Shown: in pieces, positions 1 through 12,295 of the stretch
Position numbering within the stretch: the stretch's first letter is position 1
How the letters are laid out: the number at the start of each line of letters is the position of its first letter
DNA from: Malacoraja senta
Taxonomy: Eukaryota
Assembly (NCBI GenBank): GCA_038087875.1
Contig: CM075989.1
Span: 15,564,001-15,628,000, forward strand
DNA length: 64,000 nt
Reading direction: 5' to 3'
The notes under the pieces: model-generated
The model's input: the letters and a program-made list of their open reading frames with translations, nothing else
The model's database searches: none
What the model was told of the DNA's origin: nothing
Made by a program: the position numbers and the translations under genes

Positions 1-1919
1 AAGCGGAAGGTACATCAATAAAATAAAAATCAAGTGCTTCAGCTCAAGTTTGGAGCAAAGGCACAAGTTACCAAGGTAACAGTTGCATTTTGTCAATTTG
101 CAGCTGAGTTTAATCAGCATTACATTCAATGGCAGCTGTGGTTGGAATGGAAAGAGCAATTGGGAAGCACAAACATTTTCTGGCTAATTCTTAACAAAAT
201 TTGTTTAGAACAACAATGGAAACAAAGTCTTTTTTGTGAGTTGAGTGGAGTCATATTTTTATTGAATAGCTTGACCTGAAGTTATTTGAATTCTATTAAT
301 TTACAACTAATGAATATCAGAATGAAATATTTTTTGATAAAGATTTGGTTTTGAATTGCATTTCTAAACTTAATTTATCAAGGATGCATTCAATTGTTAA
401 AGAGCACCAATTTCATTATGCCAACAATGAAATATTTGACAACTTGATTTTAATTAGTTTGGACAAATGAGAACATGGAATAATCAATTTAATCATGGGG
501 GTGGCTCTGAAGTGCAGTTTATTCACTATTGTGATTATATATGCAAATGAATGTTTATCTCTTGATATTGCAGTGAATTCCATGAGAGTTTATACAGATG
601 TAGAATCACGAAGATTTTAGCACTGAAAGCTTCTGTCTGACTCGTAAACATGTTAGCTCCATACTTTTATTTGATATTCTTATTTCTTCCCTCTGATACA
701 CTATTTTAGATATATCAATTCTCTTTGTTTAACTGATTCATGGTTTATGTATTTTTGGGCTTCAAGTTATTTATTTGAGAAAGTTGGTTATTTTCTTTCG
801 GTTAAGTGGCACCTTTTCTGTTAGAGTCATAGAGCATGGAAACGGGCTCTATGACCCAGTTCATCTGTGCTGACCAAGGTGTGTCATCTAAGCTAGTCCC
901 ATTTGTCCATGTTTGGTTCATACCCCTCCAAATCTTTCTTAACCATGTGTCGGTCCAAATGTCTTTTAAATGTTGTTATTGTATCTGCCTTCAAGATTTC
1001 CTCTGACAGCTTCTTCCATAAAGATACCACCCTTTGTGTGGAAAAAGTTGCCTCTTGGGTTGTTTCTTACCTGCAATATACACCCGCCTGTCTTGGTTTC
1101 CCCCATAATGGATGAAAAGATTCTGTGAGTTCAACTTATCCATTCCCCTCAAGATTTTATATATCTCTAAAAATCACCAGATCTCTCTCTATTTCTTCCT
1201 ATCCCCATATTTATTGTCCAGTGAAGCCAATCTGTAGTTAGATCTCCAAGGGATGGAGTAAGGAAGTGTGTTTAATAACACTATCTCTTGCACACAAGCT
1301 CCTATTGTGATGAGGCATGTTTTTGATTACTATTGAGAAATTAGCATTTTAGTGTCACCATTTTCAGTTCATTTTGAAATTTCTAATTCAAGAAAATACC
1401 ATATGCCTTTGACTTCTTGTTTAAAAAAACTATAAATATTTGCAGTAATTTTTTCTAACTAGTTTAAACGTTTGATTGAATCTTATTTCGAATAGGGATG
1501 TTGCAATGGATACTGTGTATATATTTTAAATATTTAATATCCAGTTCATTTCAGTTGAGCAAAAAACATTTTTTGTAAGAGGCATGGTCGAGGAAGTGCG
1601 AGACTTGATCGGTATTAAATTAATTGGGGTGTTCTCAATAAAATAAGTACCCCTCCCATAGTCTTGATTGTGAGCTGGCCATATAGCAGTATTTAGGGAT
1701 CAATTAGCACTACATCATTTGTGGTGCTAAACAATTGAATTGTTCGAAACGATCTATTATGGTTGCTTTGCTGACCTTCCTTTCCAACCCTAGGATTTCC
1801 CTCAATGTGAATCATAAGCTGCAGTGTGAGGGAGACCTTAATTAAAGTTAAGCATAACTTTAGTGCTTATGGTGTTTGATCATCTTGAGTTGCTGGACTG
1901 ATAGTTATGAAGTCATGTA

Positions 1920-2773
1920 CAGTGCCCTCCATAATGTTTGGCACAAAGACCCATCATTTATTTATTTGCCTCTGTACTCCACAATTTGAGATTTGTAATA
2001 GAAAAAATCACATGTGATTGTAGTGCACATTGTCAGATTTTAGTAAAGGGTATTTTTTTATACATTTTGGTTTCACCATGTAGAAATTACAGCTGTGTTT
2101 ATACATAGTCTCCCCATTTCAGGGCACCGTGGCTTCACAGGTGTTTGTAATTGCTCGGGTGAGTTTAATTGCCTCCTGAATGCAGGTATAAGAGAACTCC
2201 CAGCACCTAGTCTTTCCTCCAGTCTTTCCATCACCTTTGGAAGCTTTTATTGTTGTTTATCAACGAGGACCAAAGTTGTGCCAATGAAAGTTAAAGAAGC
2301 CATTATGAGACTGAGAAACAAGAATAAAACTGATAGAGACATCAGCCAAACCTTAGGCTTACTAAAATCAACTGTTTGGAACATCATTAAGAAGAAAGAG
2401 AGCACGGATGAGCTTACTAATCGCAAAGGGACTGGCAGCTGATGACAGAATTCATGGAGTGAAGGAATTGCCCAAGATTCAAAGCATACCACCTCATCTG
2501 TGAAACACGGTAGTGGGGGTGTTATGGCCTGGGCATGTATGGCTGCTGAAGGTACTGGCTCACTTATATTCATTGATGATACAACTGCTGATCGTAGTAG
2601 CATAATGAATTCTGAAGTGTATAGACACATCCTACCTGGTCAAGTTCAACCAAATGCCTCAAAATGCATTGGCCGGCGGTTCATTCTACCTGCAAGACAA
2701 TGATCGCAAACATACTGCTAAAGCAACAAAGAAGTCATTGCATGCAAAGGATATACAATAAAATATTAAACAT
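1920..2773 (+). mobile_element. Tc1-like DNA transposon copy A, internally deleted and 3'-truncated
   Basis: TA (1918-1919) followed by TIR CAGTGCCCTCCATAATGTTTGG. Transposase remnants: N-terminal HTH-like MKVKEAIMRLRNKNKTDRDISQTLGLLKSTVWNIIKK, then VKHGSGGVMAWACM and a QDND-KHTA motif near 2693-2720. No right TIR. Confidence 0.9.
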
Positions 2774-3275
2774 TCCTACCATCGAGGAGAAGGTACAGAA
2801 GCCTGAAAACCATGATAACCAAGAATAGCTTCCTACCAATTATTAGGCTTTTAAATACAATACAACACTCATCTCAGCAACTATAACCTTCTGTGGATTG
2901 TAGCTAAGGTTGCACTACAGATTTCTGTTTTGCACTGTTATGACTACCTAGAATTACAGTTGTTAGCTTATTAAATGCTTTATATAATTATACTTTATTG
3001 GCGTTGAGATTTTGGGCCTGTTAAGCTGCTGCAAACAACAATTTCATTATTCCATTGTTGGTACATTCCACAATTAAACACACTTGACTCCTGAATAATG
3101 ATTTACATTCTACATAAGGTATTAACTTCAGAAAATCTATTGAAATTGATCTTGTGCTTTCCTAATTTTTTTCAGAATATTATGTCCATTGTTATGACAA
3201 AAAAAACTGGTATGACAATCCCTCCAATACCCCCCCATACATTTGGAAATCCAAATCAATTATGATATTGATATT

Positions 3276-4923
3276 CAGTGCCCTCCATAATATTTGGAAC
3301 AAAGACCCATCATGTATTTATTTGCCTCTGCACTCCACAATTTGAGATTTGTAATAGAAAAAAATCCCATGTGGTTAAAGTGCACATTGTCAGATTTTAA
3401 AAAAAAAGCAGTTTTTATACATTTTGGTTTCACCATGTAGAAATTACAGCAGTGTTTATACATAGTCGTCGTCCCCCCCCCCCCCCCCCCCCCCCCAATT
3501 TCAGGGCACCATAATGTTTGGGACACAACAATGTTGTAAATGAAAGTAGTCATGTTTAGTATTTTGTTGCATATCCTTTGCATGCAATGACTGCTTGAAG
3601 TCCGCGATTCATGGACATCACCAGTTGCTGGGTGTCTTCTCTGATGATGCTCTGCCAGGCCTGTATTGCAGCTATGTTTAGCTTATGTTTGTTTTGGGGG
3701 TTAGTCCCCTTCAGTTTTCTCTTCAACATATAAAAGGCATGCTCAATTGGGTTAAGATCGGGTGATTGACTTGACCACTCAAGAATTGACCATTTTTTAG
3801 TTTTGAAAAACTCCTTTGTTGCTTTAGCAGTATGTTTGGGATCATTGTCTTGCTATAGAATGAACCGCCGGCTAATGAGTTTTGAGGCATTTGGTTGAAC
3901 CTAAGCAGATAGGATGTGCCTATACACTTCAGAATTCATTATGCTACTGCCATCAGCAGTTGTATCATCAATGAAGGCAAGTGGGCCAGTCCTTTCAGCA
4001 GCCATACATGCCCAGGCCATAACATCCCCACCACCGTGTTTCACAGATGAGGTGGTATGCTTTGGATCTTGGGCAGTTCCTTCCCTCCTCCATACTTTGC
4101 TCTTGCCATCACTCTGATATGTTAATCTTCGTCTCATCTGTCCACAAGACCTTTTTCCGGAACTGTGGTTGCTCTTTTAAGTACTTCTTGTCAATCTGTA
4201 ACCTGGCCATCCTATTTTTTGCAGTCAACCAGTGGTTTGCATCTTGCAGTGTAGCCTCTGTATTTCTGTCCATGAAGTATTCCGTGGATAGTGGTCATTG
4301 ACAAATCCACACCTGACTCCTGAAGAGTGTTTCTGATCTGTTGGACAGGTGTTTGGGGATTTTTGCATTATTATAGAGAGAATTCTTCTGTCATCCTTGG
4401 CCTGCCAGTCTCTTTGTGATTAGTAAGCTCACCAGTGCTCTCTATCTTCTTAATGATGTTCCAAACATGATGTTGATTTTGGTAAGCCTAAGGTTTGGCT
4501 GATGTCTCTTAACAGTTTTATTCTTGTTTCTTAGTCTCATAATGGCTTCTTTGCCTTTCATTGGCACAACTTTGGTCCTCATTGATAAACAGCAATGAAA
4601 GTTTCAAAAGGTGATGGAAAGACTGGAGGAAAGACTAGGTGCTGAGAGCTCTCATAACTGCATTAAGGAGGCAATTAAACACACCTGAACAATTACAAAC
4701 ACCTGTGAAGCCACGGTGCCCTGAAATGGGGGGACTATGTATAAACACAGCTGTAATTTCTACATGGTGAAACCAAATTGTACAAAAATGGCTTATAATA
4801 AGATCTGACAATGTGCACTTTAACCACATGTGATTTTTTTTCTATTACAAAACTCAAATTGTGGAGTACAGAGACAAATAAATAAATGATGGGTCTTTGT
4901 CCCAAACATTATGTAGCGCACTG
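3276..4923 (-). mobile_element. Near full-length Tc1-like (IR/DR type) transposon copy B with decayed transposase
   Basis: 1648 bp with >200-bp inverted termini (CAGTGCCCTCC... / ...GCACTG followed by TA at 4924-4925). The minus strand encodes [40 protein letters not shown] and SPDLNPIEH catalytic motifs, broken by stops and frameshifts. Confidence 0.93.
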
Positions 4924-5263
4924 TACCTAACCATGTCAAAGTAGCGTGTTCCTTATTATTATGTTGTAGATTTGTTGTTTGTAAATCAAAACCCGACAGT
5001 TATGTAAAGGGTAGGTGAAGTTTTAATTTTACTTTGATTATGTGTCTTTAACATGTTTGACTAATACACCTAATCAGTTATCTTTCAAAAAGAAGGGTGT
5101 TTGTGAGCATGTTCTTGTGGTACAAACCAAGCAGTTCCATTCCGATCTAGTGTGGTTTCACGGAAGTCTTCTCTGTCAAATAGGATGGCTGTTAAGCAGG
5201 TTCTACTGTATTATTTGACTGTTCTCATCCAGGGTTGTTACTTGGTGTTTTTTATTTTTATAG

Positions 5264-5405
5264 AACTATCCACCACATTCAGTTTCACCTACAGACATCA
5301 TCCCCAGTCTTCCCCCAATGTCTAGCTTCCATCGAGGAAGTACCAGCTCCCATTATGCTGCAGCCTCACACACACCACCAGTCAATGGATCAGAAAACCT
5401 TTTGG
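5264..5405 (+). CDS. TCF12: TCF12 (HEB, E-protein) internal exon
   Basis: ttttatag|AAC...TTG G|gtatg. 142 nt encoding [47 protein letters not shown]; closely matches recalled human TCF12 [29 protein letters not shown]. Confidence 0.93.
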
Positions 5406-5658
5406 GTATGTTACAAAAAAATGTTCACTTCCACGCCCAAGTGGAAAGTAATAATCAGCTAATTGATTAAAAAAAAAAAAATGATGTTGCATTAATTGCA
5501 ACTGCAAAATTGCAATTTTGTTCCTTAACTTAAAAAAAAATTCCAGCTTATGCAATTAATTGAAGATATATGGAACAAAATTTTCATTCAAGTGCAAAAA
5601 ACAATGTTGATCCTTTGAATAATCCAAGTGTTTTATGCTCCAATTATATTGTATATAG

Positions 5659-5723
5659 GGAACAGAGGAAATGCAGCTTGGGGTGCACAGACAGGTGATG
5701 CACTTGGAAAAGCTTTGGCATCT
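5659..5723 (+). CDS. TCF12: TCF12 internal exon (conserved QTGDALGKALAS motif)
   Basis: atatag|GG AAC...TCT|gtgagt. 65 nt encoding (G)NRGNAAWGAQTGDALGKALAS; phase-compatible with both neighbouring exons. Confidence 0.95.
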
Positions 5724-7859
5724 GTGAGTACTGAATCAAACCTTTTAGCATCTTTAAAAAAAAAACTTAATTACCCAAACTAGTTTTTAAAAATTCTTTG
5801 AGAAGTAGCATAATTTCACAGGGGAGCAAAAAAAAAGACCCTCATGTTTGATTTTTAACCAAAATACTGACCTCAAGGACATTCATCAACAACACTAATG
5901 TGTGCTGATTTAACCCTTTGAGAACAATAATATTTATTTTCATAAATCAGAACCTTCAAAGTAAAACGGCATTTGCAAGAATGATGGAAAATGCACACAT
6001 TTTGAAAGTTGCAAGGGGCGTTCAGTACTCAAAGGGTTAACTAACATTTCCAGTGTAATATTATCCTATGTTTCTTTAATTTTGATTTTATATTTGCACT
6101 AATTTAACAATTTCACATCTTAAAAAGTTGCGTTGGTAGATCACAATTTAGTAAAGTTTTCAATTTATTTTCCAGAGCATCAGCTTTGTTCAAAAGAAGT
6201 AATATTAAAAAAATAAGTACAATAAATTCCTTCTGATTTTTAGGCTGTTGAACCTGCAAGTTCAAATACTAAGCTATAAATAATCCAAAATGCTAGTAAG
6301 TGGAATGCTGAAAGTAGAATTTTCTGATGTCAGTTTTGACGTTTAACCTGCTTCTGTTGTCTGGGAAATCTTCCTATTTGATTATGTACTAAGCTTTGAA
6401 GTTCTCCCGAAAGAATGAAGAGTGACATTTTGAAAGTTATGTCAGAGGCTGGAGACAAGTGGGTTGCCATTTTAGCAAGCTATCGGATATTTGGTTGAAA
6501 TTGTAGTATTCACAAATAATGGATATGCACATCATAAACATAGTGATATTGATAACTACGATATCTATTTTTAGATTTGAACTCCTGAGGTGCTGACAAC
6601 AATTGTGAACATCTTTATGGGGAATTGAGTTATTAAAAATGTTGTATATGAGTAAAGCAATTGAAAATGTTGGCATGGCAGTTTTTCCACTGCACAGTAT
6701 GACATTATTGACTGAATCAAGTTGAAGATTATATCGTTTTTGTGTTTATAGTATTACTTCAATGGAGACAGATTTTCATTTTGGAATATCCCTTCTACTG
6801 AACTTGAGATTTAAATCCTGCTGGATTCAAATTGTCGAATGGTAATAGTTTAGTGATTATCTAGAAGAGTAATGATTTATATTTGTCTTTAACATTGAAA
6901 AAAAAAATCAAATGTATCACAGAAATACCATCAACCAATATTTGATTCTGAGCCACATAAGGGGATTAGGGGATATGGGTTAAAGTTTCATCAAAGATCT
7001 GAAAGGAAAAAGGTGTTAAGAGACGGAAGGCTTTAGCAAAAGAATTCCTGAACTTAGGGATCAATAGCTGAAGGCACAATCAACAGGAGTGGATTAACTA
7101 AAATTGGATTTATACAAAAATAAAGTTCTTTGAGAGCTATAGGCATTTATGGAGTTACATTGAGGTGAGTTCATGGGAGATTTGGTTGAGAATGTTTTAA
7201 ATGAAACATTGTTGAGTGTTGAGTTCCAAAATGACAAATTGCAGCTCTAATTCTACATCATTAAACCTTGTTGTGAGGAGCTGGTTTCTGTAAGTAATAT
7301 TCAAATTTTAAAAGTGAAGAATGGCAAATATTTGAAATTCAGTCATTGAAACCAGAATTAAGTAAGAATGACTATGCAAGTAATCAAGCAAGAAATATTT
7401 GTGAAGCTTCTACATTCTTTGTTAAATGGAAAGAAAGAAAAAGTTAAAATAAGTCCCTTCAAGTTGGAGACAGGATAGAATGATAATCTGGGAATAACTG
7501 ACTCTGGCATTTGGCAAATATTTTGTAAAAGTAGATGACAATAAATTATATATAGAGAACTACAGGTTATATGAATGAGAAACTGATAATTATTATTAAT
7601 GAATGTTTCTGCAGAATTTAATAGGGCCAAAGGCGAACATATTACTTGTACATGAGGTTTATTTACCCAATTTGATTGAGAATGCAATTGAAGTTTTTTT
7701 GCAAAATGTTCTGTATTCACGAGTGACCCAGTAGATTAGAAGTTAACCTATACAGCACAAAAAAAGTCTGAGAAAATGGGAACTTCAGTTTTGTTAGCTT
7801 AACATAATGTGTAGAAAAGGCTGAAATTCATGATGAAAGTGATGAGAAATTCAAACATC

Positions 7860-8770
7860 TAATTAAGAATATACAGATCTGTGGAAAAGAAATAACATTT
7901 TATAAATGTACTTAGGGTTTTGAAGATGTAATTTGGATCAATAAAGAATATATATTGTTCAACAACATTAGTATCTGCAGAATTGGCATGGCCATCAGAA
8001 AATATTGGAATAAGTGGACAATTTTCTGGTTGGTGAATTTGCTGTTGGAGTGCTTCAAGCATCAGTCCTCAGCTTAATTGCATTCTGTGTTAATGATCCA
8101 GATGAAGGAATAGTGTGCAAACTGATGATGTAAAGCTGGTTAAAACGAAAGCTGTATAAAATTCGCAAGGTGTCTTGAAAGCGAGTCTTGAAGCAAACAG
8201 GTTAAAGGAATTGGAACAATTTTTGAATTTAGAGAATTTAAAAATCCTTTTACATATAATTGTGCAACAAGCAATTTTGAGAGCAAATTATATTTTGGTC
8301 TTATGCAAGAGGAATGGAGTGCAAACTTTGCTGCAAATTGTACATGGCTTTGGTGAGACCACACCAAAAGTGTTGAGTGCAGTTTTGTTTTTTGAACCCA
8401 AGAAAGGATATATTTGCTGTAGAACCAGTATGTGCAGATTCCACGGATGGGGGTATTGCCTTATGGGACTGAATAGGATGGGCCTATATAATCAATGGGA
8501 ATATAATGGGAATGGAATGCTGAATCTCATTCTAACTTATGATTCTGAGTGTAATTGGAAGGATGGAATCTGTGGAAAATATTTTCTTCTATTATTTCCA
8601 GATGTTGGAACCCACCGTGCAGTCTCAGAATAAGGGGAGGCTCAAATAGGCATGAATCTACATTTTTGCTGCTCTCGAGGGGTGTGGTTGATTTTTTATT
8701 CAGCACATTCAAGTTTGAGATCAAAAGATTTTGGGCTAAAGTGGGATTGAGTTGGGGGGGGGGGGGGGGG
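7860..8770 (+). mobile_element. Old, heavily decayed CR1-like LINE fragment
   Basis: Degenerate CR1 ORF2-like nucleotide motifs (ggtgagaccacacc; aataaggggaggc). Boundaries approximate. Confidence 0.5.
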
Positions 8771-9588
8771 AGGCTGATACATGGGCAAGTGAATGAGTAA
8801 AGGATATGCAGTAAAACTGCAATAATCCAACATTTTAGTGATGCTAGACTGGCGGAGTTTCTGGAAAATTGTATATTAATCCCATTAATATGCCAACGTG
8901 CTTTTAATTTAATTTGTTTGCACATTGTCCAATTTCATAATAAATATTAGTTTTGGTGAAGCTATTGTGTTTGAACAAAGCATGAGAAATGGTGCATTTA
9001 AAGTCAGCATGGGAAGAGGAGCTCCAGTGAACCAGATGCCGAACAATCAATATTTCCAAACGCTGGTGTGGTCGATTATTGTTTTACTGTTACCTTGTTT
9101 TTATTACATTTGTGAAGCTGACTTGGTGGAGTGGAGGTGGCTGGCCTTAAAGGGTTAGCTCTGCTCCTTCTTGAATTCTTAACTGGAATGTAGTGTAACT
9201 GAGCATAGGTGAATGTGAGTAGATAAAGATGCAAGGTAAAGCACAACGTTTGAAGGGGTTTCTTTAGGGAGGGGAGAACAAGGATACCTGGTCTTTAGTT
9301 TGATGGAATGATGAAGTCTAGAGGCCCACCTCATTATATTACACACTGATTACATTTTCAGGACAAGAAGTAATGGTATGTGAGCATTTCAAGGTGACCA
9401 CTGCAATTGTTTTAAACCTATATTCTATATTTAAAGTTTGGTAAATGGATGAGATTAAGAATCTTGAAACGAGATGCAAAATTGAAAATTGATACTATCC
9501 ATTTCTGTATGGTTGATATACATTTCTCTTCCTGCTGGGTCACTGACTATTATCTAATACCTTACCTGAATGTCTCCCACTGATAGTT

Positions 9589-9680
9589 AAACACAAAATG
9601 CTGGAGTAACTCAGCAGGACAGGCAGTATCTCTGGAGAGAAGGAATGGGTGACGTTTCGGGTCAAGACCCTTCTTCAGAC
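9589..9680 (-). mobile_element. Short non-autonomous element with hammerhead-like core (Penelope-like family)
   Basis: Flanked by an 18-bp imperfect direct repeat, tgtctcccactgatagtt (9571-9588) / tgtcacctactgatagtt (9681-9698). The same sequence recurs at many sites in the window. Confidence 0.8.
9647..9680 (-). ncRNA. Minimal type I hammerhead ribozyme motif (intact core)
   Basis: Minus strand reads GU CUGAAGA A GGGUC-UU-GACCC GAAA C GUC ACCC: conserved core, stem II, palindromic ACGU in place of stem III and a GUC triplet. Stem I is only ~2 bp. Confidence 0.65.
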
Positions 9681-10551
9681 TGTCACCTACTGATAGTTGA
9701 GTGCTGGGTTTTGGGACTTGGGAATGCTACGGGTGACCAAGATTGAATTTCCTAATTGTCGTCTCATGTATGGACTCGAGCATGATGATCAGGAGTGAGA
9801 ACAATAAACAATTTCCCCTTTTTGATTAGGGAGTTGAGAAGTTGATTCTCATTCTCCCAATATTGTCCTTGATTGAAGTGTCATGATTCAATATTGGCTC
9901 AGTTCGTTTATACATAACTCTATCTGTTTTTGCATGTTTTCTGGGAAAAGGGGAAATTAGTATTTATGGATAAAACCAACAGGGTTGTATTTTATTTTAT
10001 TTGTATTTAACATATTAATAATGCTGGAAATTTAATAATTTTCTACACTCTTTTGTCATGCTACAGTTGGACAAATGATAAAGAAATAAAGATTTTCAAT
10101 TGTGCTTCTGAAATAAGTGTTGCTGCCATATATAATAGCGTACCATATATAATATTGTAAACACGGCTTAGTGAATTTTGAGGATTAACTACCTTTCTTC
10201 CTTTCCCAATTCCTTAACTATTCACAGCCCTAGGTTTGAATCTTGTATAACATGGAAGTAACAACAAACGTTTACACAATTTAATGAAACTGATAGAAAT
10301 AATAGGTTGTCAGAAGGTAGTGCAATCTTGAATGGTCTATATTATCCATTGTGCACCATTTGGCAGTGTGACATCAATCTCAACGTCCATTCAGAATAGT
10401 TATCAAATCCTTAGATGAGGTGGAAGTTTTTATCGCAATAAATATCCTAATTTGAACCATCGCAGTATATTTTCGAACGTAGTTACTTGTGGGTCTCTTT
10501 GTCTTGATTGTTCTTTGAGTTGTTTTGCTGTTATCAAAAGTAAAAGAGTTA

Positions 10552-11212
10552 AGGGCCTGTCCCACTTACGTGTCCTTGGCATGCAAATTACGCGACCTCG
10601 TGGTTGCGTTGAGGCGCACCGGCATCGTGTGGCCGTGCGGGGCCGGTCCCACTGAGAAGCGCGGTGGGGTATGTAGTTGTGCGCGACATCGAACTTTTTG
10701 TAGCGAATGAAATCTTCGCGCGCCAACGGCCTGTCGCGTAACTGACGGCCAAAGTGGGACAGGCCCAAGACCCTGGCGCAACGCAACGTCTCACCTTCAA
10801 CAGCAGCAGAAGCAGGCAAACGATCGCCGAGCTCGGCCTGGGACTCACGCCCGTTGCGTTCCGGATCCGCCCCCACTTCTACTCCCAGAGCGGGGCCAAG
10901 AAAATTGAAGATAGACACAAAATGCTGGAGTAACTCAGCGGGACCGGCAGCATCTCTGGAGAGAAGCAATGGGTGACATTTCGGGTCAAGACCCTTCTTT
11001 CAGACTGAAGAAGAGTCTCGACACGAAACATCATCCATTCCTTCTCTCCAGAGATGCTGCCGGTCCTGCTGAGTTACTCCAGCATTTTGTGTCCATCTTC
11101 AAATTACGTCACGCGTCCAGATGGCTGTGCGGGCGAATGAAGTCGCGCGCGACCTTCGCGGGACTGTCGCGCCTCAACGCGACCACGAGGACACGTAAGT
11201 GGGACAGGGTCT
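10552..11212. mobile_element. Non-autonomous PIF/Harbinger-like DNA transposon (GC/CpG-rich)
   Basis: TIRs agggcctgtcccacttacgtgtcc ... ggacacgtaagtgggacagggtct. TTA on both sides (10549-10551, 11213-11215). Extra internal TIR-like copy near 10752-10767. Confidence 0.8.
10907..11100. mobile_element. Palindromic (head-to-head) copy of the hammerhead-bearing element nested in the Harbinger-like element
   Basis: gaagatagacacaaaatgctggagtaactcagc... is inverted against ...gctgagttactccagcattttgtgtccatcttc. Arms ~95 bp; AAATT on both sides. Confidence 0.85.
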
Positions 11213-12295
11213 TTAGCTTTCTATTGTTTTGCGATGGAAACATATCTTATACTTGTGTATTGATTAAAATATTTGTGGAAGATCGAGTTTCGGGTCAGGT
11301 ATGATATACAGATGGATAAGCGGTTAGAACTGGTGCAGCAATACGTTATGCATTTTTTGAATTGAAACTATTCCCTGTTAGTTCCTGGTGAACATTGACT
11401 GTCAATGAGAAGAAACTGTCATCTCAGTAGTCTGGATTACCTTTGAACAGAGATAGAAGGGCAGTGTGCTAACTCAGTACACCAACCAGGCCCTATCACT
11501 TTGCATTTTTTCACCTTATTTTATTAATATATGCTTGCGTGCATTTGAAAGAATGTGAATTATCAAAATAATTTACCTGCTTCAAAACCAAAGTAACTTA
11601 TCACCAGATTGTTGAGTGAATAAATTGAAAATATGTTTTTAAATGCATTGTTTAAGGAGGGAAGGTCAGAACGGAAAAGTAGAACTTCACTGATAGGTGG
11701 ACCTGGGTTGCTACAGTAACTTGATTCTGTCATCCCATTTTACTTGGCAAGAGAAGCCAGGTTATTCCATAAATCATTCCTGTTGTAGCTGATGCTGATG
11801 CATTCCATCTGCTCCATCATTACACACCACACTGCAGACTATAAATCCCTTGTTTCAGTCCATCTGTTCTTCCTGACTTGCAATTGTTTCAACATTAAAT
11901 TTGTAACACTGAAGTTTTCTGTGAAAGAGAAAGCATATGTTTTAAATTACCAACTAAGTCAAACATGTTTTGCATCTAGCTGTAAAACAGAATACTGAAC
12001 AGAATTGATTCGATTTTTATATTGTAAAAATAGTCTAATATATAATTGTTTAGAGGATTTGGGAAATTACTTACACTTTTGTTTTGCTAATTCTGTACAG
12101 CAGGGGCATCGGATAAAGGAGGATAAACTGTTTAAATATTTCATTAATGTCAACCGATAGTGAAATATGATTCCTGTTAATTTTGTACACAATTAGTTTG
12201 TGAACCAAGCTTTAAAATGACTAGAGAAAGTGCATATTGTTTACTTGGCGTCTGAATTTAATATCGAAAATGTTCATTTAAAAATATTTACTTTG

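Noticed and set aside
8754..8770. Poly-G/C runs as G-quadruplex elements (also ~3473, 13478, 22006, 28747, 40022)
   Set aside because: Homopolymers, mostly inside repeats and of unreliable length; no evidence of function.
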